From the NCBI GenBank assembly GCA_023819145.1, contig JAMWCW010000001.1:2400-66399 (forward strand): a DNA stretch of 64,000 nt. The letters run 5' to 3'. Under the pieces are notes generated by a model. The model was not told the origin of the DNA and did no database searches. It worked only from the letters and a program-made list of their open reading frames with translations. The position numbers and the translations under genes were made by a program. Of this stretch, positions 43,767 through 52,996 are shown piece by piece. The first letter of the stretch is position 1. Every line of letters starts with the position of its first letter. The DNA is from Candidatus Omnitrophota bacterium. GTDB taxonomy: Bacteria > Omnitrophota > Gorgyraeia > DTHP01.

Positions 43767-46397
43767 ATGAGAACTGTTCGTATGAAAAAATTGAAAATTT
43801 GGATAACAATTTTCTTGCTTTTATCTTTCACAGAACACAGTTTATTTAATGTTTCTCTACCAAATAGCGCAGAAGGATATTTATTAAGAAGGATTAAAGG
43901 TGAGAGTTTCTCACCGACGGTCGTACTGAAAGGTTTAGGTTTTAAGGACGCACTTGAATTAAGAGTTGTAAAAAGCATTGATTCCTTAGCGAGTTTTAAA
44001 GATGGTGTTATTGAAATCTCCGAATCTTTACTTAATTCGGATTATCTCCTTCTTTTGGAAACAGAAAGAGTAGTAAATGAAAGAAAATATGCCCAAGAAT
44101 TTAGGAGCAGTTTAAACTTAACTGAACAAGAGATAAGAGCTTTAGCAAGGGCAAGAGAAGTTGGTCGTTTTCTCAGTTTATCTCCTCAACAACAGGAGCA
44201 TACTTTAGAAGCCCTAAGAGACATAGGAACTTCCGAAGCGCAACAGCTTCTGGTTTTATTTTCTAGAGCAAAAGAAAATGGTTTAGGGAGTGTTTTTGGT
44301 GAGATTTTTGCAGGGATGGGCTCAGTGCGAAACCGAGAAGTTTTTCTAAAGACTAATCCCAATTACAGATTTTTTATAGAGCGGTATGGACAAGGAGATG
44401 AACAAAGATGTCGAGAAGAATTAGAGAAGATTCTGGGAAGAAATATAACGGAGGATGAGTTTTTTAGAATTGTATTGGGAACTGTAGGTAGAGATGCTTT
44501 ATTAAGGCCATCTCAAATAGCACTTATCAGACATTCTGCCCGTGCACCTCCTTCAGAAAAACCAGATATTACGGTTATCGGAGGAAGCACGTGGCCTAAT
44601 TTATTAGCAGATAAATTGCGGGATGAAATACAACAAAACAACGGAGAAGTAACCAGAACAATAACCGTTGTTGTCTCTACCACCGATGATGGCGGTAGTT
44701 CTCGTATTATACAGAATATGTTAAGAGCTACCGATGCTTATCGGGTTTACATATTTTCTCCCGGAGATGCCATTAATGATTGGAAAGGATTTTCCGAACC
44801 AGCAATTCAAGCATTGATGGAGATACGTTTTAAGGGAGGTCGATATAAAAGTATGAGTTTTGAAGAAGCAGTTAAAGAAGCAATTGACCAGGTAGAGTCG
44901 GCATATCGAGGAGGATTTAAAGTAAATGTCAACGGCGAAGAAAAAATACTTTATTTACCCAAAAATTGGCTTGAATTTGTTTCGGATTTATTAAATGTCG
45001 CCCGGCATGTTGACGAAAGGTTTATTGCCACAGGCATTTTGTCTTTGGAGGGTCAGAGTTTAAGAAATCTCTTCTATATTGGCCTTTTAGATTATGCTGG
45101 TTATTTAGATGCAGGAGTAGTAAAAGGTGGAATGGAGAGAGGAAAACTTATAAGAGGAGCGAGCCTTTTAGCTCAAGCCCGTATAAACAAAGGATTTATT
45201 GATCAGGCTAATAAATTAGTGGCTAACATCCTAGGTGTAGGAGATATGGGATGGGTTGTTCCCAGTACCCATGATGAAGGAGTTGTTGTTGCCCGTCTCA
45301 GAAACGGAAATGTTGTGACCGAACAAACAGACATTTCTCGGCCTGCTCCTCGAAATGGAAGAGAACCATCGCGGGTTATAGGGGTCGATGGCAATCCAGT
45401 TTATAATCACGATGCTTTCACTAATCCTTCCCCTATTGACCATATGGAAATATGGTCTCCTGTTCGTAATCCAGATGGTAGAGAAACTTTATTAGATGAA
45501 TATAATGAAGATGGAAGTCGAAAAAGAAAATATCAACAGGTAGCCGGTTATTTCTTACAAGCGGTAGCAGAAACGATAGAAGCTATTAGAAATGCTCAAG
45601 GTGCTATTTTTATAACCTGTGGAAGTATTTTAACCAGTGTGGGAGCGAATTTGGTAGTCAAAGGGATTGTGGAAGCGTTGAGGATAAAGAAAGCAGAGGG
45701 AAAAGTTCCTATTATTTTATCTTTAAAACCACTTACTTCTAATGAGGATTGGGGTATGGAAGAAGATGGTTCTCATATTATAGGCGTGCTCTCTGCGCTT
45801 GAAAAATCCATTCAAATAGCCTTAGGTGATCCAAGTATAAAATTGAGTGATTTTATAACTCACGTCGTTCTCTTTGATACTCAAGATGGAAGCGCTATTA
45901 CTCCTACGATGGCAACTCAGATTAAATCAGGAATGTTACAATTTCCCGATGGTTCATTTGTCTTAGGTGAATATTCACATTTGGATCGAAGACCAAGAGG
46001 AGTGATGGGGGTAGCAGATAATCCCGATTGTTTACCTCAACGCCTTGGACAAATTGGCACAGAGGTAATAAAACATTTAGAAGAACTTACAAGTTCTAAA
46101 GATCCCCAAAAACCTCCACAAGTGATTCCTGGGTTATGGTATACGCACCTGAGCGCAATAAAGAAAGCGTGTGAAGTAAGAAGCCTCAGAGATTTGGGAG
46201 TGGAAAGCAAGAGCGAGGTGGAAGCAAGAATTAGAGCGCGATGGGGAAATTTGGGAATTGTTTATTGTTCCGAGATAGAAGAAGTCATAGAAGATTGGCG
46301 TTGGTATTTGCCCCCGACTTTACATGCCAAAGATTTGGAATATACCTATCGGTTTAGCTTAGAGGCTATATGGAGATTAATAACCGGAGGTATATAA
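43767..46397 (+). CDS. signal-peptide protein (876 aa) containing a YvcK/CofD-family (UPF0052, gluconeogenesis factor / 2-phospho-L-lactate transferase-like) domain
   Basis: RBS AAAAGGAG. Signal peptide 'KKLKIWITIFLLLSFTEHS'. 'PDITVIGGSTWPNLL...TVVVSTTDDGGSSRIIQNML...SPGDA' matches the YvcK 'VVIGGGTGL...AIVTVADDGGSSGRLR...PPGD' motifs. Later 'IFITCGSILTSVGANLVV' matches 'IIGPGSLYTSVLPNLLV' (B. subtilis YvcK recalled from memory). Confidence 0.6.
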   Translation: MRTVRMKKLKIWITIFLLLSFTEHSLFNVSLPNSAEGYLLRRIKGESFSPTVVLKGLGFKDALELRVVKSIDSLASFKDGVIEISESLLNSDYLLLLETERVVNERKYAQEFRSSLNLTEQEIRALARAREVGRFLSLSPQQQEHTLEALRDIGTSEAQQLLVLFSRAKENGLGSVFGEIFAGMGSVRNREVFLKTNPNYRFFIERYGQGDEQRCREELEKILGRNITEDEFFRIVLGTVGRDALLRPSQIALIRHSARAPPSEKPDITVIGGSTWPNLLADKLRDEIQQNNGEVTRTITVVVSTTDDGGSSRIIQNMLRATDAYRVYIFSPGDAINDWKGFSEPAIQALMEIRFKGGRYKSMSFEEAVKEAIDQVESAYRGGFKVNVNGEEKILYLPKNWLEFVSDLLNVARHVDERFIATGILSLEGQSLRNLFYIGLLDYAGYLDAGVVKGGMERGKLIRGASLLAQARINKGFIDQANKLVANILGVGDMGWVVPSTHDEGVVVARLRNGNVVTEQTDISRPAPRNGREPSRVIGVDGNPVYNHDAFTNPSPIDHMEIWSPVRNPDGRETLLDEYNEDGSRKRKYQQVAGYFLQAVAETIEAIRNAQGAIFITCGSILTSVGANLVVKGIVEALRIKKAEGKVPIILSLKPLTSNEDWGMEEDGSHIIGVLSALEKSIQIALGDPSIKLSDFITHVVLFDTQDGSAITPTMATQIKSGMLQFPDGSFVLGEYSHLDRRPRGVMGVADNPDCLPQRLGQIGTEVIKHLEELTSSKDPQKPPQVIPGLWYTHLSAIKKACEVRSLRDLGVESKSEVEARIRARWGNLGIVYCSEIEEVIEDWRWYLPPTLHAKDLEYTYRFSLEAIWRLITGGI

Positions 46398-46415
46398 AAA
46401 TAATGAGGGATTTTT

Positions 46416-48245
46416 ATGGTGAAAGAAGTTTCTAACAAATATGTAGAGATAAAACGTGGACTTTCTCGATTGGAAAAGTCTAAATTAGGACTTTTCTTTC
46501 TTTCATTGTCCTTTGTTTACTCATTATTTATCTTCACCATTAATTTTGACTTTGATAAAGTTAATATTACCCGAAGGATAAAGAGTCCTCTTCTAGATTT
46601 AGCTTCCTTGCGTGATGGAACAGATTTTTTCCCTTTTATGCTCTGGGAGGGGAAATTTACTGAGATTGTTTCTCGTAAAGAAGTTGCCAAGGAAAGAGTG
46701 GCTATTTATATTTGTAGAGGAGAGGGGAGGGTTTTAAAATTTTTAGTGGAGGTTCCCCAGGTTGAGGCATTGTCTAAGGATGACTTTGAAACAGTCTCTA
46801 ACTATGTTGCCCTTAAGATTTATCACGCCCTTACTTTATTTGGTGGAGAAAGTTTAGTTATTAATGGAAGCCCTAAGCTTTATGAGTCGGTCAAAGATAG
46901 GATTTTAAACTCTCTTTCCAAACAGGGAATGGATATAGGAAGTTTCTTAAAAATGGTCAGGGAAATTGACTCTTTTGATATTAACAGATATGCAAATTTA
47001 GAGGATACAGAAAAAACTCAATTAGAAAGACTTGCCAAGCCCATCGAATCACTTTTTGATTGTGAAGAAGATAGCCGTATTGCAATTATTCCTCGTTCAG
47101 AAATGCAGGGGACGGTGATTGGTTTAGATTTTGGTGGATCAGATATTAAAATTTCTGTTTTAATAAATGGAGATTCTAAATTTGAGAAGAAATTAAAATG
47201 GGATTCAAGTCATTTTTCATCTCTTGAAGAGCATAAAAGATATGCCAAAGCTCTTTTAAATTTCGCTCGATATTATGTTTCTTTAGAAGCTGTTAAATCA
47301 AAATATTCTGAATTATTTAAAGAATTTAGAGAAGCGAAGGAAAGATACGAAATTAGCCCTGCAGAGTTAGAAGATTTAGTTGAACTAGCTAAATCTTTGG
47401 GTATTAAGCCGTTGGAAGTAAAAGGGTTGGGTATTAGTATTGCTTGTGCGGTGCATAATGGCAGAATTACTGGGCCCGCACCAATGGTGGGAGGCCTGAA
47501 TATAAATGACCCAACGATAAAAGAGGAGGTGGCAGAATTCGGTTTTTGGATAGGTGAAAAATTATTGGGTTTACAACGTGAAAGAATAAAGATAATTAAT
47601 GATGGTGATGCGGGAGCAGTATATTCTTCAGCCAATCTTGGTTTAAGAAATGTTTTAACTTGGAGTTTAGGAACCGGATTGGCTACAGGATACGTGGATA
47701 GAAATGGGAGGATTGCTACAGATTTACTTACCGAAGGAGGAAATATTGTGCTGGATATGTCTCAGTTTTATAGAGACGATCCCATTGGTCATTCCGTTAC
47801 TGGGGTTCCTGGAGCCCTTCAGCAGTATCTCTCGCAACGCCCAGTGGTGAGAATGGTGATAGAGAAAGGAATTATTGACATTACTAATCCAGAATTCCGC
47901 AACCAGAGAGGAGATATAGACCAGAGAAAGATTCTTATCAGGATTCAAGAGATGTATAGCGATCCTGCAGTAGATAATATAGTAAAAAATCAGATAAAAG
48001 AAATATTTGAGACTATTGGTGTCTATCTTGCCCATGCTGTTGCTCAGGTTCAACCTTTATTAGGGATAGAAAATCTAATTATTTTTGGACAAGTGGTAGT
48101 GGGTGAGTTTGGAAGAATTGTCAAAGAAAAGGCAGAAGAGGTTTTAAGAGAACAATATCCGCAATTGAAAATAACAATTCATTCCGTAGAAAATCCTGAT
48201 TTTGCTCAGGCAATTGGAGCTGGTTATCTTGGATATTCTCCATAA
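46416..48245 (+). CDS. membrane-anchored ASKHA-superfamily sugar kinase (ROK/glucokinase-like) with ~220-aa N-terminal extension
   Basis: RBS GAGGGA. TM 'LGLFFLSLSFVYSLFIFTINF'. Phosphate-1 motif 'VIGLDFGGSDIKISV'. 'IINDGDAGAVYSS' resembles the ROK/glucokinase 'ENDANAAALGE' region. C-terminal 'LIIFGQVVVGEFG'. Confidence 0.5.
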   Translation: MVKEVSNKYVEIKRGLSRLEKSKLGLFFLSLSFVYSLFIFTINFDFDKVNITRRIKSPLLDLASLRDGTDFFPFMLWEGKFTEIVSRKEVAKERVAIYICRGEGRVLKFLVEVPQVEALSKDDFETVSNYVALKIYHALTLFGGESLVINGSPKLYESVKDRILNSLSKQGMDIGSFLKMVREIDSFDINRYANLEDTEKTQLERLAKPIESLFDCEEDSRIAIIPRSEMQGTVIGLDFGGSDIKISVLINGDSKFEKKLKWDSSHFSSLEEHKRYAKALLNFARYYVSLEAVKSKYSELFKEFREAKERYEISPAELEDLVELAKSLGIKPLEVKGLGISIACAVHNGRITGPAPMVGGLNINDPTIKEEVAEFGFWIGEKLLGLQRERIKIINDGDAGAVYSSANLGLRNVLTWSLGTGLATGYVDRNGRIATDLLTEGGNIVLDMSQFYRDDPIGHSVTGVPGALQQYLSQRPVVRMVIEKGIIDITNPEFRNQRGDIDQRKILIRIQEMYSDPAVDNIVKNQIKEIFETIGVYLAHAVAQVQPLLGIENLIIFGQVVVGEFGRIVKEKAEEVLREQYPQLKITIHSVENPDFAQAIGAGYLGYSP

Positions 48246-48501
48246 AAACAAAAGATAAAATAAATTTAATCACTAAATTCAAACTCTAAATATCAAAATG
48301 CGTAGCACAAAATAGGTTTCTAAGACAAATCGTAAAGACAAATGTTCGTAACTCAATAGAAAATGTTTTAATATAGAGGATATTGCTCATACGAAGTAAT
48401 TTTATAGAGAATGTCCTTAGTGGGAAAGATTGGCAATCTGAAGTTAATAAGAGATGAATGTAGTATTTTAAAAAATTTTTTAATTTATGATTCAGCTACT
48501 C

Positions 48502-48529
48502 TTGACACTTTTATAAATTATGCTATCCT
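48502..48529 (+). promoter_or_regulatory. possible promoter upstream of pgi (TTGACA, 16 nt, TGcTATCCT)
   Basis: ctcTTGACActtttataaattaTGcTATCCT; weaker -10. Confidence 0.3.
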
Positions 48530-48594
48530 TTTTAAGGATGCATTAATTTTTTTAACTTTATTAAAATAAAAATAATTAACTTAAGGGGGGAAAG

Positions 48595-50445
48595 ATGAAA
48601 AAGAATTTTGAAGGAATAGTTCTTTTTAGTTTTGTATTTTTGGGCATTTTTGTTATACTATTGAAAATGGACCTTAGCAGTGATTCTATCTTCAGAAGAT
48701 TAAAAATCCCATTTCAATCTACACAAACCAATATGTCCGTGCGTGAGGAACGGTTCCCTTTAGACCCCAATAAAGGAGCTTGGCGAGAAAATCCTACGCA
48801 GGATACCCACTGGCTTACTTTACCTCTTGATTGTCAGGGTATGCTTGAGAAAATCGTTGATTTTGCCCAGAGGCATAAAGGAGAATACACCCATATTGTG
48901 GTTATTGGTATGGGTGGTTCATCTCGTCCGGCAGATGTAATTCGAGGAGTTTTGGGGACAGAAGAAGGTTGGGCAGAAATCCATGTAATGGAAAACCTTG
49001 ACGAAGCAGATATTCAGAAAATTAAAGGAGAAATTGACCCTACGCGCACTTTGTTTATCTCTATTTCTAAATCAGGGACAACTGCGGAAACCAATGCCTT
49101 AACCAGAATTGCTTATGATTGGATTATTCAGGCAGGACTTGACCCCTCAAAACACTTTATTGCCATCACCACTACTTCCCGAGATAGTTTCTTGATGAAA
49201 TTTTTGAAAGATAATAATGTTCCTTTAGAAAATATTTTTGAACATCCTGACCAGGTAGGAGGAAGATACACAATTTTTTCGGTTATTGGGATGCTCCCTG
49301 CAGCCCTTGCTGGTCATGATATAAACACCATTCTTTCCTTCGCGCGGCAAGCAATGGAATCTCAGGTTAAGTATGATTTAGGTGAGTTTTTAGCAAAGAT
49401 GGAGTCAGAAGGAAGAATCTATATGCGCGTAGTTCTACCTGAGGAACTGGCTTCATTAGGCCCTTGGATTGAACAGCTGGTAGCAGAAAGTTTGGGTAAA
49501 ATAGACGTGGTGGGAAGGAATAGAGGCATTGTCCCTGTGTTGGAACGCGATTATGATGAAGGGATTTATAATGAGGGTACCTTTTGTTTAAGAATAAAGT
49601 TGGGCAGTTCTGATGCTCGGGATGGTTTTACTGAGAGAGTAAAGGCAAAAGGAGTACCTGTTTGGGAGATTCAGGTAAATAGTCCTGAAGAGGCAATTGG
49701 TGGGCTCTATTTATTAGAATTTGCTACCGGTATGGCAGGAGTTCTTATGGGAATAGACCCCTTTGATCAGCCCGGAGTAGAAGAAGGGAAGAAAGCTACT
49801 AACAGGATGAAAGAAGAGATCCTTGCCCAGATTAATCAGGGCAAAACTTTAGAAGAGGCCTATGGTGATTTTCTTGAAAGCCAAAGGAGTATTTATCGTG
49901 TGGAGATTGCTCCAGGTGTAACCTTGGATTTTGGAGCCTTAATGCAAGTGGCACGGGATGAGTTTTTTGAATTTATCTGGGAAAAGAAAAAAGATTTAGA
50001 TAATTTAACTGCCCAAGAGATTTATGCACTCGTTCTAGAATTTGCTAAAAGTAAGGGTAAAACTTATGGCGCAATCTTACCCTATGCACAGGAAACAACC
50101 GAAAGAGCAGTTACCTGGAGTCAGGCACGGGGAGTTTTAAGAAGGTTTGGATTGCAAGATATCTATGGAATTGGTCCAGTATATGAGCATTCATTAAGAC
50201 AATATTTACAACAGGGACCTGATAAAGGAATTCCTACTTTTATTGTGGTTAATGACATTGGTACACAGGTGATTCCCGGGGAAAAGATTCCTGGTTTTAC
50301 CACCGGAATGCAGAATGTCTTACAGGCATTAGGTACACAGCAGGCTCTAACTAATGCCGGTAGATATACCATAAGAATAGAAATTGAAGGACCACTTACC
50401 CTCGATAAACTGCGTGTTTTAGAATCATTTTTCAGCGGCATCTAA
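48595..50445 (+). CDS. pgi: glucose-6-phosphate isomerase with N-terminal TM/signal extension
   Basis: RBS AAGGGGGG. PGI signatures 'HIVVIGMGGSSRPADVIRGVLG', 'FISISKSGTTAETNALT', 'DQVGGRYTIFSVIGMLPAALAG' (GGRYS motif). N-terminal hydrophobic helix 'IVLFSFVFLGIFVILL', which canonical PGIs lack. Confidence 0.8.
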   Translation: MKKNFEGIVLFSFVFLGIFVILLKMDLSSDSIFRRLKIPFQSTQTNMSVREERFPLDPNKGAWRENPTQDTHWLTLPLDCQGMLEKIVDFAQRHKGEYTHIVVIGMGGSSRPADVIRGVLGTEEGWAEIHVMENLDEADIQKIKGEIDPTRTLFISISKSGTTAETNALTRIAYDWIIQAGLDPSKHFIAITTTSRDSFLMKFLKDNNVPLENIFEHPDQVGGRYTIFSVIGMLPAALAGHDINTILSFARQAMESQVKYDLGEFLAKMESEGRIYMRVVLPEELASLGPWIEQLVAESLGKIDVVGRNRGIVPVLERDYDEGIYNEGTFCLRIKLGSSDARDGFTERVKAKGVPVWEIQVNSPEEAIGGLYLLEFATGMAGVLMGIDPFDQPGVEEGKKATNRMKEEILAQINQGKTLEEAYGDFLESQRSIYRVEIAPGVTLDFGALMQVARDEFFEFIWEKKKDLDNLTAQEIYALVLEFAKSKGKTYGAILPYAQETTERAVTWSQARGVLRRFGLQDIYGIGPVYEHSLRQYLQQGPDKGIPTFIVVNDIGTQVIPGEKIPGFTTGMQNVLQALGTQQALTNAGRYTIRIEIEGPLTLDKLRVLESFFSGI

Positions 50446-50458
50446 CCGCTAACCTCAT

Positions 50459-50504
50459 CCACCTCGTAGGTGGCCCCCTTGCCCACCTACGAGGTGGGCA
50501 AGGG
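50459..50504. other. GC-rich palindromic element with two mutually exclusive stem-loops, between pgi and the nagB-like gene
   Basis: ccacctcgtaggtgg (50459-50473) is the reverse complement of ccacctacgaggtgg (50483-50497). A perfect 13-bp hairpin cccttgcccacct-acg-aggtgggcaaggg spans 50476-50504. No U-tract follows. ~70% GC in a ~38% GC context. Confidence 0.6.
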
Positions 50505-50515
50505 TCTAAACGAAG

Positions 50516-51370
50516 ATGTTTTCTAAAAATATAGTTCTAAAGACAATTCTAACTTTTATCTTTTTCTCTGCAAATTTTCTCTCTTCTCTAAATCACAATT
50601 TAGCTTTCCGTAGACAAAAAACTTATGCTTATAGTGAACTTTATATTGGAAAAAATAGAGTAATAGTTTCTGCTGATTATGAAGAAATGTCGCAGACTGC
50701 CTGCCGGATGCTCATGGCAAGAGTTCATCAGTTGGCTAAAGAAAAGGAAGAAATAGTTATTGGACTTCCTACGGGAAATACTCCCAAAAGACTTTATGAA
50801 ATCTTAAGGACAGAGTATAAAGATGACCCTGTTTGGAAGAAGGTTATTTTAATACAGCTTGATGAGTATGTGGGAATAGGACCAGATTCATCTTTGAGTT
50901 TTCGCCAAGAATTAGAAGAACAACTTTTAAAATATCTTCCCTTTAAGCGATTCGTAGGTATTGTTGGCGGAGCTTCGGATATAGAAGAAGAAAGAGTGCG
51001 TTACGCAAGAGAAATAGAAGCTTTAGGAGAGATAGATATTTTGGTTTTAGGAATTGGACAAAATGGCCATTTGGCTTTCAATGAGCCAGGTTTTATTACG
51101 GGAAACTCAGTGGGAGTAGTGGAATTAACTCCCCAGACAAAAGAGGTAAACGATGTAGATTTTACCCATGCTTATACCTTAAGTCTTAAAACCATCCTTA
51201 GCGCAAAAGAAGTTATCCTTCTTGCTTCCGGAGAGAAAAAGAAAGAGATTATAGAAAAAACGATTTTCGGGATAGTTACTCCTTTTGTTCCTGCTTCTTT
51301 TCTTCAGAATCATCCTCAAACTACCTTTATACTTGACCGCTCTGCAACATCTGATAAGATATTGAAGTAA
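50516..51370 (+). CDS. nagB: glucosamine-6-phosphate deaminase/isomerase (NagB family) with ~45-aa N-terminal hydrophobic extension
   Basis: 'EIVIGLPTGNTPKRLYEIL' matches NagB 'FVLGLPTGGTP'. 'ILVLGIGQNGHLAFNEPG' matches NagB 'GVGNDGHIAFNEP'. N-terminus 'IVLKTILTFIFFSANFLSS' is signal-peptide-like. No internal start candidate near the canonical NagB N-terminus. Confidence 0.7.
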   Translation: MFSKNIVLKTILTFIFFSANFLSSLNHNLAFRRQKTYAYSELYIGKNRVIVSADYEEMSQTACRMLMARVHQLAKEKEEIVIGLPTGNTPKRLYEILRTEYKDDPVWKKVILIQLDEYVGIGPDSSLSFRQELEEQLLKYLPFKRFVGIVGGASDIEEERVRYAREIEALGEIDILVLGIGQNGHLAFNEPGFITGNSVGVVELTPQTKEVNDVDFTHAYTLSLKTILSAKEVILLASGEKKKEIIEKTIFGIVTPFVPASFLQNHPQTTFILDRSATSDKILK

Positions 51371-51373
51371 AAA

Positions 51374-52933
51374 ATGTTAAAGAAATTTATTATCTTACTG
51401 ATTTTTATTCCTCTGCTTTCACAAAATTCTTTTTTAAAGCGTGATTTCTCTTATAGAAGAATCCTCGCTCCCAGAGCTTCTTTCTATTTGGCTACAAGTG
51501 ATGGCCGACCAATTAGTTTAGAATATGGGCAATTCCCTGATAAAGAACTCTACTTGCGTTTTCTTAACCCCCAAGAAATAAAAGAGGCTGCAATTAATTT
51601 CGCTGCTCGTATTGGTTCCGCAGATGACTTTTTAAAAATTCTTCTTACCTTAGGGGCCTTAAGGCAGTACCAAGCGAGAGAAATTACTCTTATCCTTGAA
51701 GACTGGACTCCGTTTTCTGAAGAAGACTACTTGTTGATTTCTATCTTCAGGATATTTGCGGATAAAGTTTGTCTTGCCTATACCCAAACCAAAGAGACTT
51801 ATTTTTTGCCGATAAAGCCGATCACTCTCCAAGAAAAAGTAACCGGTCCAATACATATTGACTATGTTACATATCTTACACCACGCTTTAAACCGACCGT
51901 AGAGGAGGCAGTTTCCCGTTTGCAAGATGCAGAAAGCGCATTTATTAAAGTAAGCCAAGATTTTAGCGGGCACTGGGAAGTTTCTTTACCTTTTAATTTA
52001 GTAGGGAAAAATGTCGTCATTATTCACTCTACAGAAAACTCAGAAAATATTTTGTCTTTAATTTTAACCAGCGCTTTAATGAGATTAAAAGGGGTAAAGA
52101 CAGTTTCTCTGATTAATACCTATCAGGGCTATAGTCGTCAGGATAAAGAGTTTAAAGAGGGAGAGTGTATCTCGAGCTACATTTTACTTAAAGTATTAAA
52201 TTCCCTTTTAGACCATAACTTTACGGTAAATGTTCACTATGGAAAAAAGAGCGGTTTAATTGATCTTTCTCCAGAGGTCTGGATAACTGATGATGAGGCT
52301 AATCGCCAAACCCTAAACGTCCTCACCCCCCAGGCGGTTTACAACCTCAATGGTTTTGTGCAGTTGGCAGAAGGCTTATTAGGCATCATTAAGAAGGAAC
52401 AGGGTATAACTGATTTGAGAAGTTTGCCCCTTCTTCTTATTTCTCCCGATGACGGAAGTTTCTTTTATGTAAAGGAAGCAGTTAGTGTACTTAGAGACCG
52501 TTATGGAATAGAAGCAATTTCTGGATATTTAAACAAAGAAAGGCTTGGTTCTAGCGAAGTAGTAATTACGGGAGAAATTCTGGAAAATGATGGAAGACCA
52601 CTTACTTTTCCTTATAGTTTAAAAGATTATTATATCTTTATCCTTGATGATGAAACCTCAACTGGTTCTACCATAAAATCTGCAGTTTATCATTTGGTAG
52701 AAAAATTGGGAATAGACTATAATAAGATTTATGCGGGAGTAGTCCATGGAAAATTTTCTTTAGGGACAGAGGAGTTTTATAAACTAAAAGATAAAGAAAT
52801 GCTTCCTCAAGTTTTAGTCACTTTAGACACTTTAGAAGTCCCTGAGGGAATAAAAACAATTTCTTCTTCAGCACTCATCGCGTATTGCATCAAGCGCATT
52901 TTGGGATTAACTGAGCCTATTCGTAGTCCGTAA
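51374..52933 (+). CDS. ribose-phosphate pyrophosphokinase (PRPP synthetase)-like protein with ~160-aa N-terminal extension including a signal-peptide-like segment
   Basis: 'VVIIHSTENSENILSLILTSALMRLKGVKTVSLINTYQGYSRQDK' matches Prs '[45 protein letters not shown]'. PRTase motif 'IFILDDETSTGSTIKSA' matches 'VLVDDMIDTGGT'. Start 3 nt after the nagB-like stop. Confidence 0.55.
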   Translation: MLKKFIILLIFIPLLSQNSFLKRDFSYRRILAPRASFYLATSDGRPISLEYGQFPDKELYLRFLNPQEIKEAAINFAARIGSADDFLKILLTLGALRQYQAREITLILEDWTPFSEEDYLLISIFRIFADKVCLAYTQTKETYFLPIKPITLQEKVTGPIHIDYVTYLTPRFKPTVEEAVSRLQDAESAFIKVSQDFSGHWEVSLPFNLVGKNVVIIHSTENSENILSLILTSALMRLKGVKTVSLINTYQGYSRQDKEFKEGECISSYILLKVLNSLLDHNFTVNVHYGKKSGLIDLSPEVWITDDEANRQTLNVLTPQAVYNLNGFVQLAEGLLGIIKKEQGITDLRSLPLLLISPDDGSFFYVKEAVSVLRDRYGIEAISGYLNKERLGSSEVVITGEILENDGRPLTFPYSLKDYYIFILDDETSTGSTIKSAVYHLVEKLGIDYNKIYAGVVHGKFSLGTEEFYKLKDKEMLPQVLVTLDTLEVPEGIKTISSSALIAYCIKRILGLTEPIRSP

Positions 52934-52969
52934 TCCGTAATTGGTAATCGGTAATTCGTAATTGATAAT
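52921..52969 (+). repeat. degenerate heptamer tandem array (NNGTAAT x7) overlapping the 3' end of the prs-like gene
   Basis: tcgtagt ccgtaat ccgtaat tggtaat cggtaat tcgtaat tgataat. Confidence 0.6.
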
Positions 52970-52996
52970 CAAATGAAATTATGATATAAGAAAAAT

